Virus record (IMG/VR): IMGVR_UViG_3300008108_000006
Strand: one strand, 5' to 3'
DNA length: 64,000 nucleotides
Origin: a virus
Lineage: Duplodnaviria; Heunggongvirae; Uroviricota; Caudoviricetes
Shown here: piece by piece, positions 36,783 through 46,325 of the stretch
Position numbering within the stretch: position 1 is the stretch's first letter
Layout: each line of letters opens with the position of its first letter
Program-made: the position numbers and the translations under genes
Notes under the pieces: generated by a model
The model's database searches: none
Told to the model about the DNA's origin: nothing
What the model saw: the letters and a program-made list of their open reading frames with translations, nothing else

Positions 36783-37985
36783 ATGGTATTTATGTTAAAA
36801 GACATCATGAAAAAGTTATTGTTTATCACAATCCTTACATCCATTTTTACATTATCTTGGGGACAGTGTGCGTCTCAATGCCCTATCTTCACACCGGGTA
36901 TGACCATTACACAGGTTAATCCGGGATCACCACCTTTTGGTGAAGATGTGACCAAAGTAATTGATGGAAACAGTAATACCAAATACTTGAACTTTAATAG
37001 AACAAATACGGGTTTTATTGTAAATACCGGAAAGAATACTACCGCTGTTAGGATGGACTTAACCACCGCCAACGATGAACCATCACGAGATCCTATTGAT
37101 TATCAAATACAGGGTAGTAATAATGGGACTTCTTGGACTACTATTGCATCAGGTAACATCTCTTGTAACTCTAATAGATTCCTTACTAGAAGTTTTAACT
37201 TCACAAATAACACATCATATTCTTGGTATAGAATAACATTTACATCAGTCTGTAATCTTAGTTTCGCTAACTCAATGCAAGTCGCCGAGGTGCAACTATA
37301 TTCAAATAGTGTTACACCATCAGTAACAATATCAAGGAGTTCAAATAATGTATGTCAAGGAACTAATATCACATTTACAACAACCCCCACAAATGGTGGT
37401 ACCCCTACATATCAGTGGAGGAGAAATGGGTCTAATGTTGTTGGTGCGACAGGTTCTTCATGGATATCAAACAATATAAACAATAACGATGTAATCACTT
37501 GTGTTATGACATCAAACGCGCCTTGTATCACAACATCCAATGTGACATCTAATTCACTAACAATGGGTGTTACCTCAAAAGTAACACCATCAGTATCTAT
37601 ATTAGGAAATCCATCTGTGGTTAGAAAAAATACGGTTACCTTACAAGCGTTACCGGTGAATGGTGGTGGAGCACCAACATATAAGTGGTATAAAAATAAC
37701 GTATTAAAATCCACATCAAATCCTTGGACTGATAGTGCTAACGTTGCGGGTACTGACACAATTAGAGTGGTTATGAGGACTTCCCAATCTTGTATAACTA
37801 TTGATTCAGCTATTGCGAATTATAATATCACTGTATTATCTTTAACCGATGTTGATGTATTTCAGACTTTAGATAAAATCCATTTTAGTTTTGTAAAAAA
37901 CGCTGATGATGTGGTTTCCATCTATGAGTTTAATGAGAAAACGGGTAAGTCAAGATTGATGACCACAACTACCGACTTAAATTGA
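36783..37985 (+). CDS. Secreted F5/8-type-C (discoidin) domain protein. Its C-terminus is truncated by a 26-bp tandem duplication that frameshifts a probable T9SS-type C-terminal domain.
   Basis: The signal peptide ends in SWGQ. ITQVNPGSPPFGEDVTKVIDGNSNTKYLNF is a discoidin signature. The tandem duplication is at 37955-38008 (see findings). Confidence 0.5.
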   Translation: MVFMLKDIMKKLLFITILTSIFTLSWGQCASQCPIFTPGMTITQVNPGSPPFGEDVTKVIDGNSNTKYLNFNRTNTGFIVNTGKNTTAVRMDLTTANDEPSRDPIDYQIQGSNNGTSWTTIASGNISCNSNRFLTRSFNFTNNTSYSWYRITFTSVCNLSFANSMQVAEVQLYSNSVTPSVTISRSSNNVCQGTNITFTTTPTNGGTPTYQWRRNGSNVVGATGSSWISNNINNNDVITCVMTSNAPCITTSNVTSNSLTMGVTSKVTPSVSILGNPSVVRKNTVTLQALPVNGGGAPTYKWYKNNVLKSTSNPWTDSANVAGTDTIRVVMRTSQSCITIDSAIANYNITVLSLTDVDVFQTLDKIHFSFVKNADDVVSIYEFNEKTGKSRLMTTTTDLN

Positions 37986-38228
37986 TGACCACAACTACCG
38001 ACTTAAATGTGGTGTTAGAACATACGTCCAAATACTATTTAGTAGTTTCAGATGGGTATAGTCGTTATTTTGGACCTTTTTCAATAGTTGCCGAGGAACC
38101 TCGTAGAACATTATCAATCAAACAATTACTCGGACAAGTCGTAGATTAACATAAGTTTAATATAAAGACAATATATAGATAACACCATCTTAATATACCA
38201 TACCTACTTATTAAAAAACAAAAAGCGT

Positions 38229-39737
38229 ATGGTAAAAAATTACTTAATGGTGGTATTATTGTTCTTAACCACAATAACAAAAGGACAATTCTTAGATTCA
38301 ACGAATTATCGTGGTGCGTTCTCACCAAATCAATCTATGTGGACCGATGGTTGGTGTAATTGGTCACCCGAATCAACAACGTATCCAACACCAAACGTTA
38401 CAATTACAGGTAACATTAGTCAGAACACAACTTGGACATCAAATAATACATATCTTCTTTCAGGACTTGTTTATGTTGATTCTGGTGTGATATTAACCAT
38501 TCAACCAGGCACAATCATCAGAGGTAATTCAAGTATCTCAAACTCGTCCTTATTGATTAAAAAAGGTGGTAAGTTAATCGCACAAGGAACATCATCAAAT
38601 CCTATTGTATTCACATCAAATAATAGTGTGGGAAATAGAACCATTGGAGATTGGGGTGGTGTTATCTTATTAGGTAGAGCAACGATGAATCAAGGTGTAG
38701 GTTTTATTGAAGGGTTAGCCGCAATATCAGACCATCAATATGGTGGTTCAGATGATAATGATAACTCAGGTATCTTATCTTATGTTCGTATTGAGTATGG
38801 TGGTTATGTATTCGCACAGAACAAAGAGATCAATGGTTTAACTATGGGTGCGGTAGGTAGAGGAACACAGATTGACCACATTCAATGTTCATATATCAAT
38901 GACGATGCGTTTGAATGGTATGGTGGGTCAGTAAATTGTAAGTATTTGGTTTCATATAGAAACTTGGATGATGATTTTGATACCGATTTTGGTTATCACG
39001 GTTTGGTACAATATGGTTTATCAGTTCGTGATCCACAGATTGCAGATAATTCATATACATTACCATCGGGCGGATCAACTTCAGAAGGTTTTGAATCCGA
39101 CAACGATGCAAATGGTTCAAACTTACAACCATTCACAAATGCAACATTTTCAAACTTCACAATGATTGGTCCATTTAGAGGTAATAATAGTTCATCAGTT
39201 CACCCGGCATTTAGAAGAGGTGCTAGAATTAGAAGAAACTCTCAATTAAAGATTGTTAATTCAATCATCTCGGATTGGGCAACAGGAGTTATGATTGATG
39301 GTGTTGCGTGTGATTCAAACGCAAGAACAGGTTTATTAGTTGTGAATAATAACATCATCACAAACTACAGAACAAGAGTGGGTGAAAGAAGTTCATCAAG
39401 CACATTCAACGTATTAGGATTTTTGGGTGATAATAACGACACAATTCCGGCAAGTTCAATGATGGTTCGTCCATATGATTTTACAAATCCCGATTATAGA
39501 TTAAAATCACTATCAACTGACATTATCACATCACAAATAACATTATATCCAAACCCATCAAATGGTGAGTTCTTTATTCAATCTGAAAACGATAACCTAT
39601 GGATATACAATAACTTGGGTCAAGTTGTTCATCAACAAAAACTAATAAAAGGAACAAATAATATTCAAGTGAATTTACCGACAGGGTGTTATATTCTCAA
39701 AACACAAAATCAAATAATAAAATTAGTAATTAGATAA
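38229..39737 (+). CDS. Secreted protein with a T9SS (Por secretion system) C-terminal sorting domain
   Basis: The signal peptide ends in TKGQ. C-terminus ITLYPNPSNGEFFIQSENDNLWIYNNLGQVVHQQKLIKGTNNIQVNLPTGCYILKTQNQIIKLVIR matches the Por_Secre_tail pattern (YPNP...G.Y......K..K). Confidence 0.6.
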   Translation: MVKNYLMVVLLFLTTITKGQFLDSTNYRGAFSPNQSMWTDGWCNWSPESTTYPTPNVTITGNISQNTTWTSNNTYLLSGLVYVDSGVILTIQPGTIIRGNSSISNSSLLIKKGGKLIAQGTSSNPIVFTSNNSVGNRTIGDWGGVILLGRATMNQGVGFIEGLAAISDHQYGGSDDNDNSGILSYVRIEYGGYVFAQNKEINGLTMGAVGRGTQIDHIQCSYINDDAFEWYGGSVNCKYLVSYRNLDDDFDTDFGYHGLVQYGLSVRDPQIADNSYTLPSGGSTSEGFESDNDANGSNLQPFTNATFSNFTMIGPFRGNNSSSVHPAFRRGARIRRNSQLKIVNSIISDWATGVMIDGVACDSNARTGLLVVNNNIITNYRTRVGERSSSSTFNVLGFLGDNNDTIPASSMMVRPYDFTNPDYRLKSLSTDIITSQITLYPNPSNGEFFIQSENDNLWIYNNLGQVVHQQKLIKGTNNIQVNLPTGCYILKTQNQIIKLVIR

Positions 39738-39742
39738 TAAAA

Positions 39743-39767
39743 GAGGAACTTCGGTTCCTTTTTTTGT
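39743..39767 (+). terminator. Intrinsic terminator (ggaac-UUCG-gttcc plus T7)
   Basis: Read directly. Confidence 0.55.
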
Positions 39768-39789
39768 GATATTTATTAAGAAAACTATT

Positions 39790-40386
39790 ATGGATATTAA
39801 CAAACTTAAAGGACACATACCAGATTCGGTATTGACACAAATCCCGATGGTTGTTCAAAAATTTGGAATGGACACACCATTAGAATTATCACACTTTTTG
39901 GCACAATGTGCTCACGAGAGTGGAAACTTCAAAGCGGTTTCTGAAAACCTAAACTACTCTGCAGATGGATTGAAGAAAATTTTTCCAAAATACTTTGCGG
40001 GAACATTAAACGAACAATATGCTCGTAACCCTGAGAAGATTGCATCAAGAGTATATGGTGGTCGTATGGGTAATGGTGATGAAACAACAAAAGACGGATG
40101 GAAATACAGAGGTCGTGGTTACATCCAATTAACAGGTAAAGCAAACTATCAAGAATTTGATAAGTTTGTTGATGATGATATCACAAACAATCCTGATTTG
40201 GTGGCAACAAAATATCCGTTGTTATCCGCAGCTTGGTTCTTCCACAAAAACAAATTAAATGAGATCTCAGCAAAGGGTGATACCGAAGCAGTTGTAACCT
40301 CAGTAACAAAACGAGTGAATGGCGGTACAATAGGTTTAACCGATAGAATTAAACACTTCAAACACTTTTACGGACTACTTAAGTAA
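39790..40386 (+). CDS. Endolysin, glycoside hydrolase family 19 (chitinase-like lysozyme)
   Basis: FLAQCAHESGNF ... YRGRGYIQLTGKANY are GH19 phage-endolysin motifs. The ORF-track start at 39766 is GTG. ATG 39790 (MDINKL) is preferred. Confidence 0.65.
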   Translation: MDINKLKGHIPDSVLTQIPMVVQKFGMDTPLELSHFLAQCAHESGNFKAVSENLNYSADGLKKIFPKYFAGTLNEQYARNPEKIASRVYGGRMGNGDETTKDGWKYRGRGYIQLTGKANYQEFDKFVDDDITNNPDLVATKYPLLSAAWFFHKNKLNEISAKGDTEAVVTSVTKRVNGGTIGLTDRIKHFKHFYGLLK

Positions 40387-40440
40387 AATTTGACAATCCC
40401 CGATACTACTTCGGGGATTTTTGTTGTATATTTACACTAT

Positions 40441-40899
40441 ATGAGAAAACTATTAACATTTGTACTACTACTAATCGGATTGGTGGGGTACACTCAGACA
40501 AATTCACACCAAAGAATTACCGGACGTATCTACACAAGAGGTCTAAACTTTGTTCCATCCAATAACGACATTCAAATTTTACTTTATGAGGTTGATACTT
40601 TTGGTGTTGCAAGACAGACCATCCTATCTAACTATACGGTTGCACAACAAGGTAATCAGTATGTTATTGACTTTATAAACCCTCCAACACAACAAGTGGT
40701 GGTATATGCCAAACTATTACCTGGAAGTCGTTTATATGGTAAATTTTTAAGCACATTCGGATTATCATCATTGAGTGTGAGACATGCCGTGAAACTTACT
40801 ATTCCTTTTACACCACTTGGAACCACTTGGTTGGGTCAATATGATATTTATATGGTACCTGATGTTACAGTTATAGATAATAGAAGAAGTATTGATTAA
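40441..40899 (+). CDS. Secreted hypothetical protein, first of a paralog pair
   Basis: MRKLLTFVLLLIGLVGYTQT signal peptide. The ORF-track start at 40390 is TTG, and the terminator hairpin at 40396-40424 would sit inside it. Confidence 0.5.
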   Translation: MRKLLTFVLLLIGLVGYTQTNSHQRITGRIYTRGLNFVPSNNDIQILLYEVDTFGVARQTILSNYTVAQQGNQYVIDFINPPTQQVVVYAKLLPGSRLYGKFLSTFGLSSLSVRHAVKLTIPFTPLGTTWLGQYDIYMVPDVTVIDNRRSID

Positions 40900-40954
40900 A
40901 AATTAACATTTCCCCGATACTACTTCGGGGATTTTTGTTATATATTTACACTAT

Positions 40955-41464
40955 ATGAGAAAACTATTAACATTCGTACTTCTGCAGATTGGATTGGTGG
41001 GGTACACTCAGACAAATGGACATCAATATATGAAAGTCACTCTTAGTACAAGTGGCCTAAACATCTTTCCATCATTTCAGGATATTCAAATTGTACTTTA
41101 TGAAGTTGATACATTTGGAGTGGCAACAGTTATCAATCCAAACAATTACACCTTGTCGGTACAAGCAAATCAGTATGTTTTCAATTTTGTATTTAAACAA
41201 TACAAACCGGTTGTTGTATATATAAAAGTTCTACCTAGTGTATTTAAACAATACAAACCGGTTGTTGTATATATAAAAGTTCTACCTAGTGGCCGACTAC
41301 ACAATAAATTTTTAAGCACGTTTGGAACATCATCTGGAAGTATCAATCGAGCAACTAGAGTAAATGTTCCCAACATACTAGGTGGGAACAATACGATAAC
41401 ACACAATGTTTATATGATACCCAAAATCATTAGTTGGGAACCTTACTCCACCTATATTGATTAA
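40955..41464 (+). CDS. Secreted hypothetical protein, second of the paralog pair, with an internal perfect 17-aa (51-bp) tandem duplication
   Basis: The N-terminus is almost identical to that of 40441..40899. VFKQYKPVVVYIKVLPS is present twice in a row. Confidence 0.5.
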   Translation: MRKLLTFVLLQIGLVGYTQTNGHQYMKVTLSTSGLNIFPSFQDIQIVLYEVDTFGVATVINPNNYTLSVQANQYVFNFVFKQYKPVVVYIKVLPSVFKQYKPVVVYIKVLPSGRLHNKFLSTFGTSSGSINRATRVNVPNILGGNNTITHNVYMIPKIISWEPYSTYID

Positions 41465-41518
41465 AATTAACATTTCCCCGATGACTTATTCGGGGATTTT
41501 TTTTATATTTATGGGTAT

Positions 41519-42142
41519 ATGTTAAACTCAAATATTCCATTTTTCAAATGCTTAGTTAAGCAGTCGTATTTTACAAAAGACGAAAAGGATTCCAATATTT
41601 TTCACGATTGTTACGCATTTGCCGTTCAATCCATAACAGGAAAAATATTAACCTTCCATATAATGACCGATTACGGAATGTTAAGATCAAGAGTTCCAAT
41701 CTCTGAGATCTATATGAAAGAACCAAAACAAGATGTTCCATTCCACTTCAAACAACTATGGGATTGTTTTGATAACGATGTTACCGTGATTACTTACGAA
41801 TACCTGAAAGAGAAACGATGTAAAGTTATTATGAAAGACAAAACATTTGCTTGGGCCACCTATATGTTTACCGTTGATTGGCAAAATAACCCATACAGTG
41901 ATGAACCAAGTGATTATAAATGTGGTCACGTATTACAGAGTGACGATGGTTACCTAATGTGTATGCCAAATAATAGAATATTTTGGAAGGATTCAAATTG
42001 GGTTACAAAAGACTTTCCCGTTGAACCAAAAAACATTAAAGTAGATACCGAGCTTTTATCGGTGGAGTCCGTCTCTAATAGATGGATAACCGAAGACACA
42101 AATTCATTCTATTACGATATAGATGAATTAAAGAAAAATTAA
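41519..42142 (+). CDS. Hypothetical protein
   Basis: ORF track, 207 aa. A terminator at 42150-42180 follows. Confidence 0.5.
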   Translation: MLNSNIPFFKCLVKQSYFTKDEKDSNIFHDCYAFAVQSITGKILTFHIMTDYGMLRSRVPISEIYMKEPKQDVPFHFKQLWDCFDNDVTVITYEYLKEKRCKVIMKDKTFAWATYMFTVDWQNNPYSDEPSDYKCGHVLQSDDGYLMCMPNNRIFWKDSNWVTKDFPVEPKNIKVDTELLSVESVSNRWITEDTNSFYYDIDELKKN

Positions 42143-42190
42143 ATCTTAGGGGTGGTTGATAATTTAACCACCCTTTTTTATTATTAAATT

Positions 42191-42352
42191 ATGGGACAGA
42201 TTATAGATGAAAAAATTGTAAAAACCTCTCAAAACGTAGATCCGATCTACGTTGTTGAATTGGTTAAAAATACCCCAAACGATATGGTTTTGGGTAAATT
42301 GATTAGGGAATATGTGTTAAACGCTGAAAACCAAGATATGTATGAAAATTAA
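42191..42352 (+). CDS. Possible small protein (53 aa, below the track cutoff)
   Basis: MGQIIDEKIVKTSQNVDPIYVVELVKNTPNDMVLGKLIREYVLNAENQDMYEN. It competes with track ORF 42342..42533. Confidence 0.3.
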   Translation: MGQIIDEKIVKTSQNVDPIYVVELVKNTPNDMVLGKLIREYVLNAENQDMYEN

Positions 42353-42533
42353 GTTAAAATTTGAGAATATGTGGTTGTGGGACACAACAACAATTCGTTT
42401 GATTCCTGAATTAACATTATCACACCTTTATCAAAGAAATTATTTAACTAAAAAACGTGAAGATATTGAAAATCCTGAATTCCATATTAATTGGTTAGGG
42501 TTTCAATTCGGTATTCAGGTGATCTTAAAATAA

Positions 42534-42926
42534 TTATTCAAAAATTTGGGGATTTTTCTTCCCATACTTTCTCATGATTTCACCTGCGATTGCATTAGCA
42601 TCGTTTTCATGTTTTGATCCTGCAGAACTCTTCCCTTTTTGGTGAAGAGTTTTTTGTTTGTAATGCACTAATTCGTGGGCGATAGTCCTCATAATATCAC
42701 CCTCGTTTCGTTTGTGGGTTGATATCACTATTTGATCATTCTTATCATCAAAATATCCAAAAGATTTATGTTTCTTTGAAAATTCAGAACCTTTCTTAAA
42801 CTCAATATCAGGAACATCTTTAAGTTTCAAAAAATCCTTACAATAATCAATAAAATGGTCAAGATCACTCTTTTTTGATTCAACCATCAACGACTTTATT
42901 CTTGAAATCTCTTCACGTAAATCCAT
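42534..42926 (-). CDS. Hypothetical protein with an HExxH motif (IAHELVHYKQ). Possible small zinc metallopeptidase.
   Basis: ORF track plus motif. Confidence 0.45.
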   Translation of the reverse strand: MDLREEISRIKSLMVESKKSDLDHFIDYCKDFLKLKDVPDIEFKKGSEFSKKHKSFGYFDDKNDQIVISTHKRNEGDIMRTIAHELVHYKQKTLHQKGKSSAGSKHENDANAIAGEIMRKYGKKNPQIFE

Positions 42927-42938
42927 ATATGATAAATA

Positions 42939-43145
42939 TCATAATTTTTTATTCCTTGTTGTTTTTTTCGGAATAAAGTCACTCATCACTCTTTTCTCAA
43001 CGGGATATTTTCCCGGTTTCCATTTAATCTCGGATGATACGGGTCCATTTTTACTTATTTTGGTGTTGTAAGTGAAAGTTTGGATACACTCATCATCCTC
43101 ATAAGTCACTTCAAATTTAGTGTCGTCAATCTTTTTAGTACTCAT
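42939..43145 (-). CDS. Hypothetical small protein
   Basis: ORF track, 68 aa. Confidence 0.4.
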   Translation of the reverse strand: MSTKKIDDTKFEVTYEDDECIQTFTYNTKISKNGPVSSEIKWKPGKYPVEKRVMSDFIPKKTTRNKKL

Positions 43146-43164
43146 AATGCAAATTTAATAAATT

Positions 43165-43449
43165 TTGAGGATATTTACAAATATGAAGGGAAAATTGTGT
43201 TCATCTATTTGTGAAATGTTAAAAAGTAAATATCACAACTTTTTGGAGAATATAAACATATCTCTATCAATAGATGAGAAACGAAAAAAGGTATATTTTG
43301 AACCTACTTTGTATTTATCCGAAGCACCGACCCAACAAGAACTTTCAGAATTAAAAATGGATGTGTATGAGAATGTTATGAAAGAAACAAAATCAACACC
43401 CATAGCAAGAAACGGTTGGAAATTAGAAAATTCTTCTTTACAAAAATAA
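43165..43449 (+). CDS. Hypothetical protein
   Basis: ORF track. The alternative ATG 43183 is equally plausible. Confidence 0.4.
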   Translation: MRIFTNMKGKLCSSICEMLKSKYHNFLENINISLSIDEKRKKVYFEPTLYLSEAPTQQELSELKMDVYENVMKETKSTPIARNGWKLENSSLQK

Positions 43450-43573
43450 AATTATCATCATATTTATTTACAGACCTTGTGGTTTAATATCGTGAGTTAG
43501 AAATAACTTTTGAGTTGACCTGAAAATCAACGAAACGATCTTAAAATAAACACATAAAATAAAATAAGGTAAA

Positions 43574-44338
43574 ATGTATTATCAAACAACAACACACCCT
43601 CATCCCGAGGCGCACATTACCGTAAATAAGAAAAGAATTAGACAATACGGTAAAAATGTCTATATGGACAACAAACAAGAGTTCGAGATCGAACTTTATA
43701 ATCCAACCCAAAATAAAGTATTAGCGGTTATCACCCTGAATGGAACAAAAATGACAGGTGGTGGCGTCGTAATTAAGCCAGGACAGAGAATCTTCTTGGA
43801 ACGATACTTGGATTCAAACAATAAATTTTTATTTGATACCTATGAGGTTGAAAGTACTAACGAGATCTTGGATGCCATATCAAATAATGGTGACATCCAA
43901 ATAAATTTCTACAATGAGGAACAAACACCTCATAAGTTACTAACGTATAATAACAATACTTGGTTAACAACGAACGCAACTCTTACTCTAAATAATCCAG
44001 GAACATTGTCAGAACCTATTATGTATAATACAAATTCAGTAGGTTTCGGTTTAATTAGCGGTTCATTAAACTACTATAACACACCAAGGTCAAGGTCAAA
44101 CAAAACCCTTTCCCTTGAGACGGGTAGAGTAGAAAAAGGTGCTGAAAGTAATCAAACATTTGTATCTTCAAAAGATAGATTTGAATACAATTCATTTTCT
44201 GAATGGACTTGGAAGATCTTACCATCATCGGTTAAACCATACGATTCAAAAGACTTAAAAAAGTTTTGTACTAACTGCGGAAGTAAAATAAAAAAGGATA
44301 GTTATAAATTCTGTCCGAACTGCGGAACAAAAATTTAA
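43574..44338 (+). CDS. Hypothetical protein with a C-terminal double CxxC zinc ribbon (CTNCGSKI...CPNCGTKI)
   Basis: ORF track. A bidirectional terminator at 44362-44390 follows. Confidence 0.5.
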   Translation: MYYQTTTHPHPEAHITVNKKRIRQYGKNVYMDNKQEFEIELYNPTQNKVLAVITLNGTKMTGGGVVIKPGQRIFLERYLDSNNKFLFDTYEVESTNEILDAISNNGDIQINFYNEEQTPHKLLTYNNNTWLTTNATLTLNNPGTLSEPIMYNTNSVGFGLISGSLNYYNTPRSRSNKTLSLETGRVEKGAESNQTFVSSKDRFEYNSFSEWTWKILPSSVKPYDSKDLKKFCTNCGSKIKKDSYKFCPNCGTKI

Positions 44339-44390
44339 TTAAACAACCACAAGGTCAAAAAGAAAACCCACCAATCGGTGGGTTTTTTAT

Positions 44391-44753
44391 TTAGTCACTT
44401 ACTAATACAGACCAAGACAATATCACATCGTCTTCTTTATAATTTGTTCCTGAATATACATATGTTGATCTAACAATATCCAAATATTTTCTAATAAATT
44501 TGATTCTATCAGTTATTCTTTCAAAATTTAAACAATTAACAAATTCTTCAGCAGTTAATATTTCATTATATTCTGGTTTTTCACATTTCCACGTTTTTTC
44601 ATTAAAGAAACCTCGTTTTACTCTAAATCTAACAAATAATGAATTGTCCCTATATTGAGAGAATTTAACATCATCTATTGACCAATTGGTATCAAGATGA
44701 TTAACTAAACGATCGGACATCATTTTAATCATTCTCTTTTGGATAAATTCCAT
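44391..44753 (-). CDS. Hypothetical protein
   Basis: ORF track, 120 aa. Confidence 0.45.
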   Translation of the reverse strand: MEFIQKRMIKMMSDRLVNHLDTNWSIDDVKFSQYRDNSLFVRFRVKRGFFNEKTWKCEKPEYNEILTAEEFVNCLNFERITDRIKFIRKYLDIVRSTYVYSGTNYKEDDVILSWSVLVSD

Positions 44754-44804
44754 ATTAGGTTGTTAGTAATTTAGGTGTAATACACCCTAATAAATATACA
44801 TAAA

Positions 44805-45641
44805 TTATTTAATAATCACATTGGTCATTAAATTATAACCAACAGTATAAGATGCCGACATTAAAAGACTTCTTTTGATGATCTGTGACCAAGAAGTTGT
44901 TTCATAAAGACTTATTGGGAAAGCCAAAGATATTGACGTAATATAACTAGTTTTGGTCATATGCCATAGATCAGACTTAAACCAAAGATTACCAATTCTC
45001 ATTTCACGATCCCAACTACTCGGAAGACCACCCCAACCCATATGATTCCAAAACGCAGGATCCATATTAGGAAAGGTGTTTCTAAATTGTGCCGGATGAT
45101 TGATAATCTCACTATTCATACCATAAGACAACCCAGCCAACATCGCAAACCCACAACCGACAGTAATTCTTGTCTTGGTGTATTGTGAAAAGTTAGTGGC
45201 GAATATCTTAACTCCGTTTTCAGTTTCTTTCATATTCACCTTAAAGTCCTTATCAAATGGTAAGAATTTTGCTTGTTCTTTAATGGTATCGTATGTAACA
45301 TATAAACCTAATTTCGCAGCTTCTTCAACTTTTTGTTTATAAGATAATAATTCTTTTCTCAGAGAATCCGTTATAAATAAAACAGAGTCAGTATAAACAT
45401 ACTTTGTTATCACACTATCTTTATACTTAACTAAAGTATCCGTGACGGTTTTGAAAGAATCTAACGCAATTACTTGGCTTTTGAAGGTACTATCTATTTT
45501 TTTGGATTGATCCAAGGTAATAATAACCACACTATCACCTCGATAATACTTTATCTGAGGATATTTTTGTTTACCCGGACCTTGACCAAATGCCATAATA
45601 GACATCAATGTAAGGAAAATCAATAAATATAACTTTTTCAT
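44805..45641 (-). CDS. Secreted hypothetical protein (signal peptide MKKLYLLIFLTLMSIMAFGQ)
   Basis: ORF track. Confidence 0.5.
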   Translation of the reverse strand: MKKLYLLIFLTLMSIMAFGQGPGKQKYPQIKYYRGDSVVIITLDQSKKIDSTFKSQVIALDSFKTVTDTLVKYKDSVITKYVYTDSVLFITDSLRKELLSYKQKVEEAAKLGLYVTYDTIKEQAKFLPFDKDFKVNMKETENGVKIFATNFSQYTKTRITVGCGFAMLAGLSYGMNSEIINHPAQFRNTFPNMDPAFWNHMGWGGLPSSWDREMRIGNLWFKSDLWHMTKTSYITSISLAFPISLYETTSWSQIIKRSLLMSASYTVGYNLMTNVIIK

Positions 45642-45643
45642 GG

Positions 45644-46036
45644 TTAGTTCTTCAATGGACCCAAAGGAATTTTCTTACCTTCAGTGTCTAATTCTCTCAA
45701 ATCATCTTTTAAGGACTTGATTTCATCCTTTAAATCATCTATTTGAGTTTTATACTTTTTTTCTGTAGTAGTGATTGCCGAGTTAATTGCTGAACTCATA
45801 GCATCTTTTGTACTATCAGATAGTCCTTGTGATAGTGCCGAATTTTCAGTTTTAAGATCAGAATTTTCTTCTTTCAGTTGTTCGTTTTCATTTCTTAAAC
45901 CCGTATTTTCTTTGTAGAGTTCTAAGTTTTCTTTAACTACTGTGACGTGTTTATCACCCGCAAACCCAACTTGGAAAACAACAAATCCTACACTACCAAC
46001 AACGATACTGATGGTAATAATTCCTTTTGTAAACAT
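45644..46036 (-). CDS. N-terminal TM helix plus periplasmic coiled-coil protein (i-spanin-like topology)
   Basis: IITISIVVGSVGFVVFQVGFA, then heptad-rich ENEQLKEENSDLKTENSALSQ ... DDLKDEIKSLKDDLRELD. Confidence 0.4.
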   Translation of the reverse strand: MFTKGIITISIVVGSVGFVVFQVGFAGDKHVTVVKENLELYKENTGLRNENEQLKEENSDLKTENSALSQGLSDSTKDAMSSAINSAITTTEKKYKTQIDDLKDEIKSLKDDLRELDTEGKKIPLGPLKN

Positions 46037-46040
46037 ATTC

Positions 46041-46322
46041 TTATTTCTTTGTGTTTTTAATCACAAGAAGATCCCTCAGTTCCAAATATGACTTTCTGTT
46101 CGTTTCAGCAAGATCTTTTAACTGATTGATATCATCTTCAACATAAGAATTAAGACGATTCTCAAGGTCGTTTAATTTAGTGTTAAGTTTTTCTTCTGTC
46201 TCAAGTTGTCTCTGTAATAACTTCCAACAAACCCAACCCAAACCTAAAGTGGCAATACCGAGAACACCATACTGTATCAGAGAATCAAAGATTCCTGCTG
46301 ACGGTACTGTTTGAAGTATCAT
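46041..46322 (-). CDS. Small single-TM plus charged coiled-coil protein (holin-like or spanin-like)
   Basis: GVLGIATLGLGWVCWKLL, then a charged helix. Confidence 0.4.
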   Translation of the reverse strand: MILQTVPSAGIFDSLIQYGVLGIATLGLGWVCWKLLQRQLETEEKLNTKLNDLENRLNSYVEDDINQLKDLAETNRKSYLELRDLLVIKNTKK

Positions 46323-46325
46323 ATC

